A DNA stretch of 63,520 bases, filler included, from Lenisia limosa (Eukaryota > Protista > Breviatea): NCBI GenBank assembly GCA_001655205.1. It is 12 parts of 12 records of this genome, joined end to end, with 100 filler letters (N's around TTAATTAATTAA, not from the genome) between each part and the next. Parts side by side here need not be neighbours in the genome. Positions count along the whole stretch, not along the records: positions 24,394 to 30,209 come from LPNZ01009124.1; positions 30,310 to 39,606 come from LPNZ01006758.1; 10 more parts are not named here. One strand, given 5' to 3'. Shown in pieces: positions 25,435 through 37,640 of the stretch. The notes under the pieces were generated by a model. That model saw only the letters and a list, made by a program, of their open reading frames with translations. It made no database searches and was not told the origin of the DNA. Both the position numbers and the translations under genes were made by a program. Numbering within the stretch: the first letter of the stretch is position 1; each line of letters opens with the position of its first letter.

Positions 25435-28400
25435 TTAGAGCTGAGGCAGGCCGGTACCAACTTCTGACTCAATGCCACACTAGGGGGGGGGGGGGNNNNN
25501 NNNNNNNNNNNNNNNNNNNNNNNNNNNNNNNNNNNNNNNNNNNNNNNNNNNNNNNNNNNNNNNNNNNNNNNNNNNNNNNNNNNNNNAACAAACAAAAAGC
25601 CCAAAATCAACTCTGTTCTGATAACACATGTGTTAATAAAACAAAGAGGGGAAAGGATTGTTTTTTAAAAAAAGAGGCAAATTCACAGGGGATTGGTGAT
25701 GCTTGTTACTACCCCAAATACTTCAAACACCACCCCCACCCCCAATACCTCGTTAGTGCCTCTTCTGATGCGGAAAAAGCCCTTCTCGCCCCATCCGCTA
25801 CCCCAGCTAAAGTGGTCAAATGAGAATCATATTATATACTGTATAATTATATGGTACCAGGATTTTCCTATGGATTAGGGGGACTGCTTTTGACTACTTC
25901 TGACCAAAATTTATGAATTTGGGGTTCGTTAAGATACGTAATGAATCTGGTTTAGCGGCCTGCTTTAAGAGCAATTTTCACCCCCCCCCCCCACTATTAT
26001 TATCATCACCCCTCTCCCCACGAGTTAGCGATCTTCCAGTACTTCACGCCCTTTTCTTCGCCCCATCCGACAAGCTTGACTGCGTGGCCGCCTGCAATAG
26101 ATTCAGTGGAAGTAACGGGGGGGGGGGGGGNNNNNNNNNNNNNNNNNNNNNNNNNNNNNNNNNNNNNNNNNNNNNNNNNNNNNNNNNNNNNNNNNNNNNN
26201 NNNNNNNNNNNNNNNNNNNNNNNNNNNNNNNNNNNNNNNNNNNNNNNNNNNNNNNNNNNNNNNNNNNNNNNNNNNNNNNNNNNNNNNNATATTGATGTAA
26301 AGGTACTAATCACGAACTGAATAATCTGAAACTCCAAACAAAAAAACAAAAAAAACAAGAAATAACAAACATCGAGGGTGGGGGGCAGATATGATATATT
26401 ATATAGTATAAGGTATGTACACATAGTATACGTGCATGTACATATTACATAAATTTTCCAATTGTATCCCCCCCTCCCTAACCCTGCATTGAGTTCGAGG
26501 TTCTCTTGTAGATTCCACCACCATAGCTCTGGAGCAATTAAAAAAGGGTGCGGTGAAATAAAAGAAAAGGGTGCCAACATAGCTCAAGAAAAATACAAAA
26601 AGCTCAGGCACCACTCCACTCTTCTTGTTCATATTTATACCACTTTTATCACTTTTAGCACTTTATATTTTTAACTACAGACGCTGCNNNNNNNNNNNNN
26701 NNNNNNNNNNNNNNNNNNNNNNNNNNNNNNNNNNNNNNNNNNNNNNNNNNNNNNNNNNNNNNNNNNNNNNNNNNNNNNNNNNNNNNNNNNNNNNNNNNNN
26801 NNNNNNNNNNNNNNNNNNNNNNNNNNNNNNNNNNNNNNNNNNNNNCGGCCTAAATGATGAAACAATGTAGGATTTGGGATAATTGAATAAATAATCAAAG
26901 AATTCAGCCTAAATGGTGAATCAATACAGGATTTAGAATAACTTATCAAATATTCTATGATTTGGGATTATTGTTCAAAGGAAAGGTATCCCTCCGCCAA
27001 CCTTGATTGCTTCCTCCTCCCAGCCTGGCGTGTAGACTTCACTATACTTGTGGAGCTTGCACGAAGTTTCACCACAGCCAGCCGAGCACTTGGAGGAGGG
27101 AATTCCATTCTCGTGGAGGAAAAAGTGCACAAAGTCCACGAAGCCTCCGTTGCATCTGGACAGAGTAACAAGCAAGTGTTTTTGTTCCGAATTAGCAGGT
27201 GTTTTTGTACTTGGCCAAATTTGCTTGGTGACTTACTCAAATTTCTTGACCCCAATTCCCCCATTTTTTAAGAATTCGTATTTACAAATTCAAGTCAGTG
27301 ACTTAGCAGTTGTTGATTTTGTAATGTTGGGCTTGGGGGGGGGGGGGNNNNNNNNNNNNNNNNNNNNNNNNNNNNNNNNNNNNNNNNNNNNNNNNNNNNN
27401 NNNNNNNNNNNNNNNNNNNNNNNNNNNNNNNNNNNNNNNNNNNNNNNNAAGATACTGGGGGTTGAGGAAGTCCTGGTGTGTGCCGTTAGTGGCAATGCAG
27501 AAACGATCGGAGATAGATTCGGCTGCTCCGAAGGCCCTGAAGGGGGGGAGGGGTAAAATGGGAGAATTTAAAAAAGGGGGATTAAAATGAAGGCCTTGGA
27601 AAAGTGATAAAGGGCCTGAATTATACAATAACCCTCCCAACCAGCAAGAGCCGCAACTGCCTTGGTTATGGATGCCGTTGATGAGACCAGCGCATTGGGG
27701 CCACTGCTCGGCCGAATCAAAATGGGCCAGATCGCTGGCAGCCTGAAGGGGAGGAGGGAGTGAAATTGGTTTATGAAACAAAAAAAGCCTAAAGTCAACT
27801 CTGTTGGCTGATAACACACAGGGGTTGAGAACAACAAAACAAACAAAGCTCAGGCCAGTCGTGGGTAAGTGCAGTAAAAAATATAAAACTCTGGGTAAAA
27901 GGGGGGGGGGTGCCGTTATAGAGTTTTAGTCGTTTTCTTTACATGGTATATAAATGACCATGGAGACTGTGTGGTCACCCAATTAAAAGTAATCCTGTAC
28001 AACCCATCCTCCGTGATATATAGAGATGAAAGAACAAAGTTGTATCTGGCCGAAGCCTTTCACATTATCGCACTTATGAAAGATATTGGATTATACTATC
28101 TGGCCGAAGGTTATGAATGAGCTACTAAATAGAAAGTAATAATTAGGGCTTCACTTCGGTTCAAAACAAGACTGAATTTCTTGATAAACCGAAGCGAAGC
28201 CTTAGTAACCGAAGAGAAGCCTTAGTAATAATGGGATTGATAACCCCCCACAGAAAGGTTAGATCTAGTAGATCTGCGAACGGGAAGATTGCGAGCACCC
28301 TTCCACCCAAGCATCTGTCGAATCTCGCCCATAGTCTTTCCCTCAAATTGAGGATAGGCCACTGAGGGGGGGGGGGGGNNNNNNNNNNNNNNNNNNNNNN

Positions 28401-30098
28401 NNNNNNNNNNNNNNNNNNNNNNNNNNNNNNNNNNNNNNNNNNNNNNNNNNNNNNNNNNNNNNNNNNNNNNNNNNNNNNNNNNNNNNNNNNNNNNNNNNNN
28501 NNNNNNNNNNNNNNNNNNNNNNNNNNNNNNNNNNNNNNNNNNNNNNNNNNNNNNNNNNNNNNNNNNNNNNNNNNNNNNNNNNNNNNNNNNNNNNNNNNNN
28601 NNNNNNNNNNNNNNNNNNNNNNNNNNNNAATTGACCGCCAATTCTCAGGGATACTCTGGTACACTCGGGATGTTATTCCAATTCATCATTTCGACTTGAA
28701 TGTCGGTTGTATGATTATATCAATAGTAGATAAGGATTAACATATGACCGACATTCGAGTCTGATTTTCTAAGATAACAGTCGCCCTCAACACAGTCAAT
28801 TATATATTTTTTGATATGTCACTTCGGTTCGAAAAAAAAGACCGGTAAAATATCGATAGTTTTCGAAGATTTATCGAGAATTTCAATCTTTTTTCGAACC
28901 GAAGTGGTGGTCACATTACCCCTCTCCCCTCACCAGCAGTCCAGGTATCAGCCTTCTTGTTAGCCTCATAGATGCGACGCGGATCGTTAACCTGAAATGG
29001 AATTAATAAGATATAGTATACATACATACATATATCACATCATAATACTAATAAATATCGATATTCAACAGACTATATGATATACTACTGTGTATAATAT
29101 GTCAAAATATCACATTACAGATGATATAAGACTACATAAGAGCGATACGTAATTTCAAAACTATGGCAATTAACTAATTGTACAGCTAAAAAGGGTTGTA
29201 TCTCGCCAAAGCCACCTACACCATCATGATAATAGGAGATATTGGATTATACTATTATATGCATTTTTTAGTTACTTGACCCCCCCACCATCAAATGGTC
29301 TTCAGTACCAGGAAGAAGGCCAAATTCAAGGTCGTCTGATACGCCGTTCATTTTGTAGCAACCCTAGATATTAATTAAATAGTGTAGCAACCCTAAAATA
29401 TTATAATACTGTACTAAAAGCCACAAACATTGTAATAACCCTAGGTAGACATTGAAGCCCGGCGAAGGCAACCCCCCACCCCATTAATCTGGAAGTGTCT
29501 TTCATCAGGTTGTCCAACAACAACATCACGGTATATGACTCGGTCGGTCTCTCCTGAAATGGCCTGAGGATTGAGGTTAACTCAAGTCAGCATTTGATGC
29601 ACCCATTCCAACATAGAGGGCTTTACTTCGGTTCGAAAAATAATCATTCGAGGATTTATCGAGAAATTTAGTCTTTTTTCGAACCGAAGTGAAGCCCTAC
29701 CAAGATACCAAAATCCTCTCAGTACTCCCATCCCCCACTTCATGGTCTTCGGTCATACGGAGGGAGTTGTCCGTTTGTGAGACGTAGAACGAAGACGTTT
29801 TCAGGCCAAAGCCGTACTNNNNNNNNNNNNNNNNNNNNNNNNNNNNNNNNNNNNNNNNNNNNNNNNNNNNNNNNNNNNNNNNNNNNNNNNNNNNNNNNNN
29901 NNNNNNNNNNNNNNNNNNNNNNNNNNNNNNNNNNNNNNNNNNNNNNNNNNNNNNNNNNNNNNNNNNNNNNNNNNNNNNNNNNNNNNNNNNNNNNNNNNNN
30001 NNNNNNNNNNNNNNNNNNNNNNNNNNNNNNNNNNNNNNNNNNNNNNNNGTGGCAGTGTGAGACATTTTGGCCTCTTTTGGCACCTCCATTCGGGACAC
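25435..30098 (-). CDS. Cathepsin B-like cysteine protease (C1A) with propeptide and N-terminal extension; some exons lie in gaps
   Basis: [21 protein letters not shown]|[29 protein letters not shown]|[23 protein letters not shown]|[19 protein letters not shown]|[14 protein letters not shown]. Catalytic Q, C, H and N are all present. Propeptide exons: [10 protein letters not shown] and [14 protein letters not shown]. Confidence 0.93.
27743..27861 (-). mobile_element. IE-A intron 3'-cassette in a cathepsin B intron (sense to the minus-strand gene)
   Basis: Reverse complement reads CGACTGGCCTGAGCTTTGTTTGTTTTGTTGTTCTCAACCCCTGTGTGTTATCAGCCAACAGAGTTGACTTTAGGC..GTTTCATAAACCAATTTCACTCCCTCCTCCCCTTCAG|exon. 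Confidence 0.85.
28818..28906. mobile_element. MITE-A copy with eroded termini
   Basis: TCACTTCGGTTCGAAAAAAAAGACC...TCTTTTTTCGAACCGAAGTG. Confidence 0.8.
29618..29697. mobile_element. MITE-A copy (internal deletion)
   Basis: GGGCTTTACTTCGGTTCGAAAAA...GTCTTTTTTCGAACCGAAGTGAAGCCC-TA. Confidence 0.85.
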
Positions 30099-30309
30099 CT
30101 ACGTTGGGTTAGAACTATTTTTGTTACACCTATTGTGACCGTGATAAGTTTTGACCGATTTTCCTTGGGAAATCATAGAGCAAATCGGTCAAGACTTATC
30201 CTGGTCCTTNNNNNNNNNNNNNNNNNNNNNNNNNNNNNNNNNNNNNNNNNNNNTTAATTAATTAANNNNNNNNNNNNNNNNNNNNNNNNNNNNNNNNNNN
30301 NNNNNNNNN

Positions 30310-30777
30310 ATCCCCTCCGACCAAACCTTCACTCTTCACTTCATGGACTTCACACCTGCTCTCTCCGCCGCCGAAGTTCGCTACACTGACACCATTGACC
30401 ACTTCAAACGCTCCGTGCCAGTGAACGGCATTTGTGGTACGGGGGGTATTGGAGGAGCGTGTTTATTTAGATAAAGAGGAGGTTTATAGTTGCCGTGAAA
30501 TAATTTTAACTCCCTCTCCCGCAGAGTTGATTTTGGGCTTCTTAGTTTTTTTGCTTCTCATAACTTTTTCTAATTTACCCCCNNNNNNNNNNNNNNNNNN
30601 NNNNNNNNNNNNNNNNNNNNNNNNNNNNNNNNNNNNNNNNNNNNNNNNNNNNNNNNNNNNNNNNNNNNNNNNNCGCGTAGTGCTCAAGGGAGAGGAGATA
30701 ATTGAGAACGAACAGTTAACTTTCGCTGATCTCAACATCGGCAAAGACGATATGCTACGGTGCATGTTTGTTGACAA
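30310..30777 (+). CDS. Fragment with a ubiquitin-like domain
   Basis: Exon RVVLKGEEIIENEQLTFADLNIGKDDMLRCMFVDK resembles the C-terminal half of a Ubl fold (l..kG..l.d..TladlnI..dd.l). An upstream exon lies at 30310-~30437. Confidence 0.5.
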
Positions 30778-30821
30778 GTATGACAGTTAATGGTATGCTG
30801 GGGTGTTATTGGCTAAAGCTA

Positions 30822-31014
30822 GGGCTTCACTTCGGTTCGAAAAGTACCGGCAAAATATCGATAGTTTCGAGGATTTATCGAGAAATTCAGTCTTTTTTTT
30901 AAACCAAAGTGAAGCTCTAGCTGCGGTTAGGGCTTCACTTCGGTTCAAAAATAAGACTTAAATTCTCGATAAATATCATATTTTATAAGTCTTTTTCGAA
31001 CCGAAGTGAAGCCC
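30822..31014. mobile_element. Tandem pair of MITE-A copies (30822-30917, 30930-31014), each TA-flanked
   Basis: Two complete TIR pairs 12 bp apart; their asymmetric cores point in opposite directions. Confidence 0.88.
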
Positions 31015-31060
31015 TAGTTCCGGTGCATGTTTGTTGACAAGTATGACAATTAATAGAAGG

Positions 31061-31182
31061 GTGCGGTGCTATCGTGTGTGATCAGCCAACAGGGTTGATT
31101 TGGGCTTTTCTGTTTCATAACTTTTCCAATTTCACCATAATTTTTTTCCGGTGGTGGGACTCTTTAAAGCCCCCCCCCCCCC
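31061..31182 (+). mobile_element. IE-A cassette variant (internal deletion, 3' extension)
   Basis: GTGCGGTGCT|ATCGTGTGTGATCAGCCAACAGGGTTGATTTGGGC..GTTTCATAACTTTTCCAATTTCACC..CGGTGGTGGGACTCTTTAAAG(C)n then gap. Confidence 0.75.
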
Positions 31183-31610
31183 NNNNNNNNNNNNNNNNNN
31201 NNNNNNNNNNNNNNNNNNNNNNNNNNNNNNNNNNNNNNNNNNNNNNNNNNNNNNNNNNNNNNNNNNNNNNNNNNTTTTCTTTCAGAAATTTCCAATTTTA
31301 TCCCTCACCTCCTTTTTCTTTTCTGACCGCTTAGTTGTGCTTCCGAAGGTGGTATGTTTTCTAGGTATTTTGTTCAGAGTGTGAACTCTTTCAATGGATG
31401 ATTTTCTTAATACATTGGAATCTGAAGATTACATAGGAATTCCAAGGTGATGTGTCTTAGTGTTGATTACACAATGACATTATACAATACCATATGAGTG
31501 GTCTTGCAGATTTACTTACGTCAATATATACATTACACAGAACATTATGAAGAAACAGAAACTTTCCACACACACCAAGAACCAATTGAAAAATTGCTCA
31601 GACTTATGGA

Positions 31611-34600
31611 CTAATGGCATCCGACACTCCGAAGGTAATCCGCGGTCTCGGAGTTTCCGCTGTCAATGGCGAATTGAAGGAGCTTCTTGTGGAACAGCTA
31701 CACTATCATGCATTGATGGATAATGTATATCTGGTGGAACTCTCAGAGAACTTGTTTCAGCCCCCCAAAGGTTCTACCAGGGACATAGGTTATCCACTGG
31801 TGTCATGGGACCTGGATCTGCAAGAGCTACAAGCAATGACCTCGATAAGCCCTGACAAGGATAGTGTAATTTACCTGTAGTCAATCGTGTTAGGACATCG
31901 CGTTCAGGCTATCATGAGTTGTAATACTGTATTTTCATAGTGGAAATGACCAATCATGTTGAAGATGAACGGAGATAACACGAAGGTTTATCCTTTGTAT
32001 ATGAGGTATCATATCACTACGTGAAAAATGATAGTTCCCACACCTGAAAATGATCCAAGATTTGACATGATATAACATCAAAAAATGGCGGTGATGATAA
32101 TGGTGATAATGGTGATGGTGATGATGGTGATGATTGTGATGATGATGATGATAATGGTGATTGGTTGTGGAGGTTGACCCACATATTTTTTGGGGTTCCA
32201 ATCTGCTCCAGCCTCGACCAGAAGTCGACAAGTTTCAGTATGACCATTCTTCGCTGCCATATGCAGGGGCGTGTCGTTGTGCTGGATAATTAGTGCCATT
32301 TACATACAAAAGGGATTTCAAAGGGAGTTCGGTCAAAATGACAAAATCTCTTAAAATCTTAGATTGTCTTCTATCTGGTTCAAAAAAAGGATTACAAATC
32401 TTCGAAAATTATCGATATTTTACCGGTTTTTTCAAAGAATTGAAGCCTTGTCTATTACACAATCCAGAAATATTTCAACAATTTATTTCACTGCGGCGTA
32501 TTGACTTGAGATTCATATAACCTTGTTGGTATCCCTATAATTGACATGTGAACTCCAAGTAAATTTATGGAAATTTGAAAAAAATGTATGATATTTTCAC
32601 AGGAATTTTAATTCGATACTATACTATAATAAGATATTGATATTTTTCGAAGTAAAGTGTCGGAAATGAAATTCTTGAAATAATATGTCATTAAAAATTG
32701 GAATTTATATTGCCTCAATTAAATGGGAGTCCTACATGTACATGTAAATATCAATTGAAATGGGGAATTCTCATTTTCAGAGATATCTACATGTAAATAT
32801 CTCTGAAAATGAGAATTCCCCATTTCAATTGTTCCTCAAATACATATCGAAGTTTTCTGCCTTTCAGATAACTATTATATTGCAAATGACTGTGTGAATT
32901 AATACTATCATTCAATATATCTTATAATTGATGGTGTGCACTTATGATGGATGATGTGCACAGCTTCGGCCAGGTACAACCATTATTTATTTCTCATTGC
33001 TATAGGTGTATATATAGTCTTATACAATGTCAATAGGCCCCTACGAAGTTTTTGGCATTCACGTCAGCTCCATTGTCGATCAAAACTTGAACAATGTTGG
33101 AGTCTCCATTCTCAGCCGCCTTGAGGAGTACAGACTGTTTAATCTGAAAAAGTGAGACGGTACATCTCGTTCAAAAAATAGCAATTACTAATTTGTGATT
33201 TGACAAAATGCTCACATTTTATAAAAGCGAGATTCTCCTAGGTGCATTAATAGCAATTTCCACCACCCTATAACCCCCGGTAACGACCTTGTCTTTCTCA
33301 TTGACATCAAGTCCATTCTGTAACAGGTACCGAATGTTGTCTGCCTTCCCGGTTTTGACAGCGTAATGAAGGAGTGAATTGCCTTCCTGATGGTGTCAAG
33401 ATGGATTGTCTATGTATCAGCAAATGAATCAGAATCAAATGGATGATTTCGAGTAATTCAGTCGTTTTCTGGATCGTAGTGAAGCCCAACTTTTAACCAC
33501 AGCGTACCTTGTCCTTTTCAGTAATGTCCATTCCAAGGTCGATTAAGTACTGCACGGTTTCAAGGGAGCCGCTTTCAACAGCAATTTGGAGGAGTGTGTT
33601 ACCCATCTAGGTGTAAAAATTCGAGCCTATTTTTAGGTACCAAATGTCTGATAAAATATCGACAAAATAATGCAACATATCGTCTCCATATGTTAAAATA
33701 ATGCTAACATATCGACAATATACCGGTAACATATGGAGACAAGAACAATAAAATATCGATATTTATCGAGAAAGTTTATCGATAATTCGGCCTTTTTGGA
33801 ATCGAAAGGGAAGCACTAAAATAACAACATTCTGAACCACAATTAACTGGGATGTTGTACTGTAGGATTGATAAATCAAATCACAAACAAAACATGTATT
33901 TTTGGATTCCTGATTGTTTGAAATGATATACAGCGCCTGTGGTAAGCCATGATCGAAATTCCTAGGGATATCTCAGAGGAAGTCAAACAATACCTAGTGT
34001 GTATATCTCAGTCTAGGTAAAATAATGAAATCAATCCAAAGATGGTTGTCATATTCGTAATATTAATACCTGATATGCAGTATTTAAAATGATGTACGAT
34101 AATCATACAGTTTGTGTTCAATCCTAACCCTGTTCTTGACATTCAGTTCAGCTCCATGGTCAATGCACAGCTTGGCCAATTCAACATTCTTGCCCTTACA
34201 GGCAACAATAAGGGGAGTATCTCCATTCTATAGTATTAGAATTCCGTAGGTTTCTATTATCGTAGAATTAGATTTTCACCAGTCTACAAACATTATCTTA
34301 GAGGAGAAGATAGTGGATGAATAAATACCACAAGAATACATATTGAAATGTGACATTCATAATTAGTATCCAGAAAGCCGTCCAAATCACGCTTATTGGA
34401 GAAATTACATCACTGTGTGATATTAAATCATCCATTTTTGTCAAATTTTGGCCCCAATCGCTATCTACACACTAGCATGGTGATTGTGACTGTTAACTAT
34501 GTATTATGGAAACATATTTTAGTAACTGATTACATTTAATTAAAGCCCACGAAATGCGAAAAATGGAAAGTTAAATTAATTTGTAGGATTTCCAAATAAT

Positions 34601-37600
34601 ATAAGGGAATCCCAAGTCGATGCGCCGTAGTATAACCAAAGGATTATGTGCTATGTGTTTATATTAAATTGTGATATGGATGGATTATTGTACAAACTAA
34701 TTGCGAATTTTCTAAATCTTACGCCGTGTTATATGTCACACTTATAAATAGTATTTTCAAAATTATTTAAACAAAAGCATAACAAACAATTAAAAATATT
34801 CTTTTGACAATAATCGACCCGGACCCTACAAAACCTAACCTTATCTTGGATGTTGACATCGATACGTTGAATGCACAATTTGGCCAGTTCAATGTTATGG
34901 TCCTTGCAGGCAATGATCAGAGGATTTTCGTCGTTCTGATTTATCAATTTATCAGAGTTGATCTATAAGATCGCAGTCATAATAGACAAGCCTACTCTCA
35001 AGCTGATACAACATATGATATACTATACTACTATATGATATTATGACTTATGATATACTATATAACATAAGATACACTATATGACTTATCTTTCAATATT
35101 CACCTTTAAATTCACTTCAGCTCCATGGTCAAAACATAACTTGGCCAATTCAACGTTTTTGCACTTGCAAGCAATAATAACCGGAGTTTCACCGTTCTAA
35201 ACCGTGAAGAAAACTCATAGTAAAATATAAAATATTGCAATACATTGGACATTATCAACACATAATACTTTGCGCTAAGTTTTACAATGAAAGTGACTTT
35301 ATTTATCTACTTTAATTAACAAGTGTTTTACAACAGTTCAGTAGAAGTATATTCAGAGATAATCACAGCCTTAATTTGTTTCCTGACATGGTATAATTAC
35401 ATGAGCACCTACCCTGTCCTTTTTGTTTACTTCAGCTCCGTTGTCAATGCACAACTTGGCAGTTTCAATATTGTCAGTCTTACAGGCGATAATAAGGGGG
35501 GTATCACCATGCTAAATAATGATGATAATATACATGTACAAATGCAAAATGAAGATCAAATTGAAGCAATATGATACGATGGTAGGGTAGATTATCCACA
35601 AAAGAATGTCCTATTATAACAACCTTAACATTTTTGATACCTAATCAATCACCCAAAAGTTTGGTGCTTCACGAGGTATCGTATTTTTTGTTATTTATCG
35701 TATCCGAATATATATCAAAATACGTCTCAAAAATCACATTTTATTTTTGAAAATAAAAATATTTTCTCTCTCAAACCAATTGTTGAAATTACCAGCAAAC
35801 CGAATCAACCTGGTTAACATCCCAATTCAAGAAGGACAAAAAGCAATAAACCAGTTGATGGTGCTTGTTCCTGGCGGCTTGGTGAAGGGGTTCTTGAGCA
35901 GTCTAGATGTATTAAACTGAAGAAATAAAGAACAGCCAACTTTGAAGTTGCTTGAGACAGACTGGATAACTTCAAGCCCATATGCTTCGTCCTCGTAAAG
36001 TTGCCACTGAAAAGTAAAACAGACATTCTAATAATAACTGTATCCAAATTCATTAACCAAATTCCTTTCATCCACTCATAATTCCAATCATCTGTTATTC
36101 CTGATATTACCTATCAAGGTAATTGATACTCTTGATGGAGCTTTTACGGCAGAAATAACTCCCCCCTCACCAGCGAATCGAAAATAACCGATCCAGATCC
36201 ATAAGCCTCGAAAAGGAAGTGCTTGTCATACTTGGCAAACCCAAGAATATTGCTCTGCACTAAAGACCAGAACTTGTTTGAAAATGGAAACGCCTAAACA
36301 AATGAAGAGATTTGAAGAACAAACTTCCAATTTCTCATCGTTCATTTGAAGGCCAGTGTTCATAATGTCTGAAACAAAACGGTAATTGCCGGATTTCAAG
36401 GCTTCAAAGGTGATGTTAGCAATTGTGCGGTTGTGCTGGAGAGTCAGTAACAACCTTTAAGCAGGTTGTTGAAGAAAAATGTTTTTTGGTAGCTTATTTT
36501 GCCACCCCTCTCACCTGGTATTTTGCCACTCCTTTTACAGCCTGAACGACCAGGGAGTTGTCAGACAAGGGGTGTAGAGCGAAATATTGAATTGTCGACA
36601 GCAGCTGAAAAAATGAATTTTAAGTAATTATTTCTTCTCTTGTTTTTACAAAAATATGTATTGACAATACAAATTTCAAGACAGATCACATTCACTACAT
36701 TCAGAATCTTTCTCCATCTATGAAATGATCAATTCTGAGACAATTTTGGACAACTTTCTATTACATACTACATGTACATATATATCAAATATCGTAATAC
36801 TATTTAATATCATATTATAAAATATATTCATTTCTTGATGAAAGAAATTGGCAAAATTATCATACTAGTTGTACTCTAAATCTACCTACATCTTGTTCGT
36901 TTTTGATATACTCAGGATGACTCAAAAGAAGCAGTTTGTTCACTCGAGGGTTTTTGGCCAATTGAACCTGTATTTTTTTGTGATTTGGAGTGGTATGCCT
37001 ACTAATTTCAAATCAATTGGCACTAATTTTAGTATCTTCAAAATGGCCTCATTAGAACACCCACAGAGGACCTGAAGGTGAGAACCTACAATAGTACCTT
37101 ATCTATACCAGAGAATAAAGAGAAACATATTAACTGTCTACGTTTCCGTCTTATCAATATATCAATATGATATATGTAATATGTATTATTGATTTGTAAT
37201 CTACCCTAATACTGGTGTTTCACTCTGGTAATATTAATAGAGAGTAGCTTTTGGTCAACAAAAAAGAAAAAGACATTTACTAAAACTAAATAATAAGCTC
37301 AAGATTAGTCTCACTTATGGTGGTTTCTGTATAGTATATATCTTTGAAAGTTAAAAGGTGGTATCTGATGTATTTTTGAGTAGTCGAGTCACAAAATTCT
37401 CGAAAAAGATTGTTATTTGAACGACAATATTTTCCTCTTTTCGAACTGGGACCTCTTACTTACAACTTCAGTACTCCCCTCCTACACGATAGAACTTTTC
37501 CCGGTCAGGAAGGCATTGGATCAAACTCTGTAAATCCCCTTGTAGAGCCCTAGGTTCAACTTCGTCAGGAGAATCGCATCGTTCAAGAATATGAAGGAAA

Positions 37601-37640
37601 ATCGCTTCATCTTCAAGCGACTCAACAGTGGCCTGAGTAA
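31611..37640 (-). CDS. Ankyrin-repeat protein (at least 8 repeats) with an unrecognised N-terminal region
   Basis: Eight exons each encode one ANK repeat: 35511-35413, 35196-35104, 34935-34840, 34227-34129, 33606-33508, 33386-33288, 33143-33045, 32281-32183 (e.g. NGDTPLIVACKGKNVELAKLCIDHGAELNVKNR). Terminal segment LLQFAIDSGNSETADYLRSVGCH* ends at 31611. The 5' extent is uncertain. Confidence 0.88.
32090..32163. repeat. Intronic (GAT/GGT/AAT)n trinucleotide microsatellite
   Basis: GGTGATGATAATGGTGATAATGGTGATGGTGATGATGG... lying downstream of an ankyrin exon donor. Confidence 0.85.
32752..32831. repeat. Near-perfect 80-bp palindrome (35-bp perfect arms, 10-nt loop)
   Basis: CAATTGAAATGGGGAATTCTCATTTTCAGAGATAT-ctacatgtaa-ATATCTCTGAAAATGAGAATTCCCCATTTCAATTG. 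Confidence 0.9.

Noticed and set aside
30822-31014. Palindromic repeats with spacers as a CRISPR array
   Set aside because: The context is eukaryotic and intronic. The units are TIR pairs around a conserved core rather than unique spacers, spacing is irregular, and there are no cas genes.
31935-32231. His-rich and Ser/Ile-rich ORFs
   Set aside because: They are translations of an intronic trinucleotide microsatellite next to an ankyrin exon.
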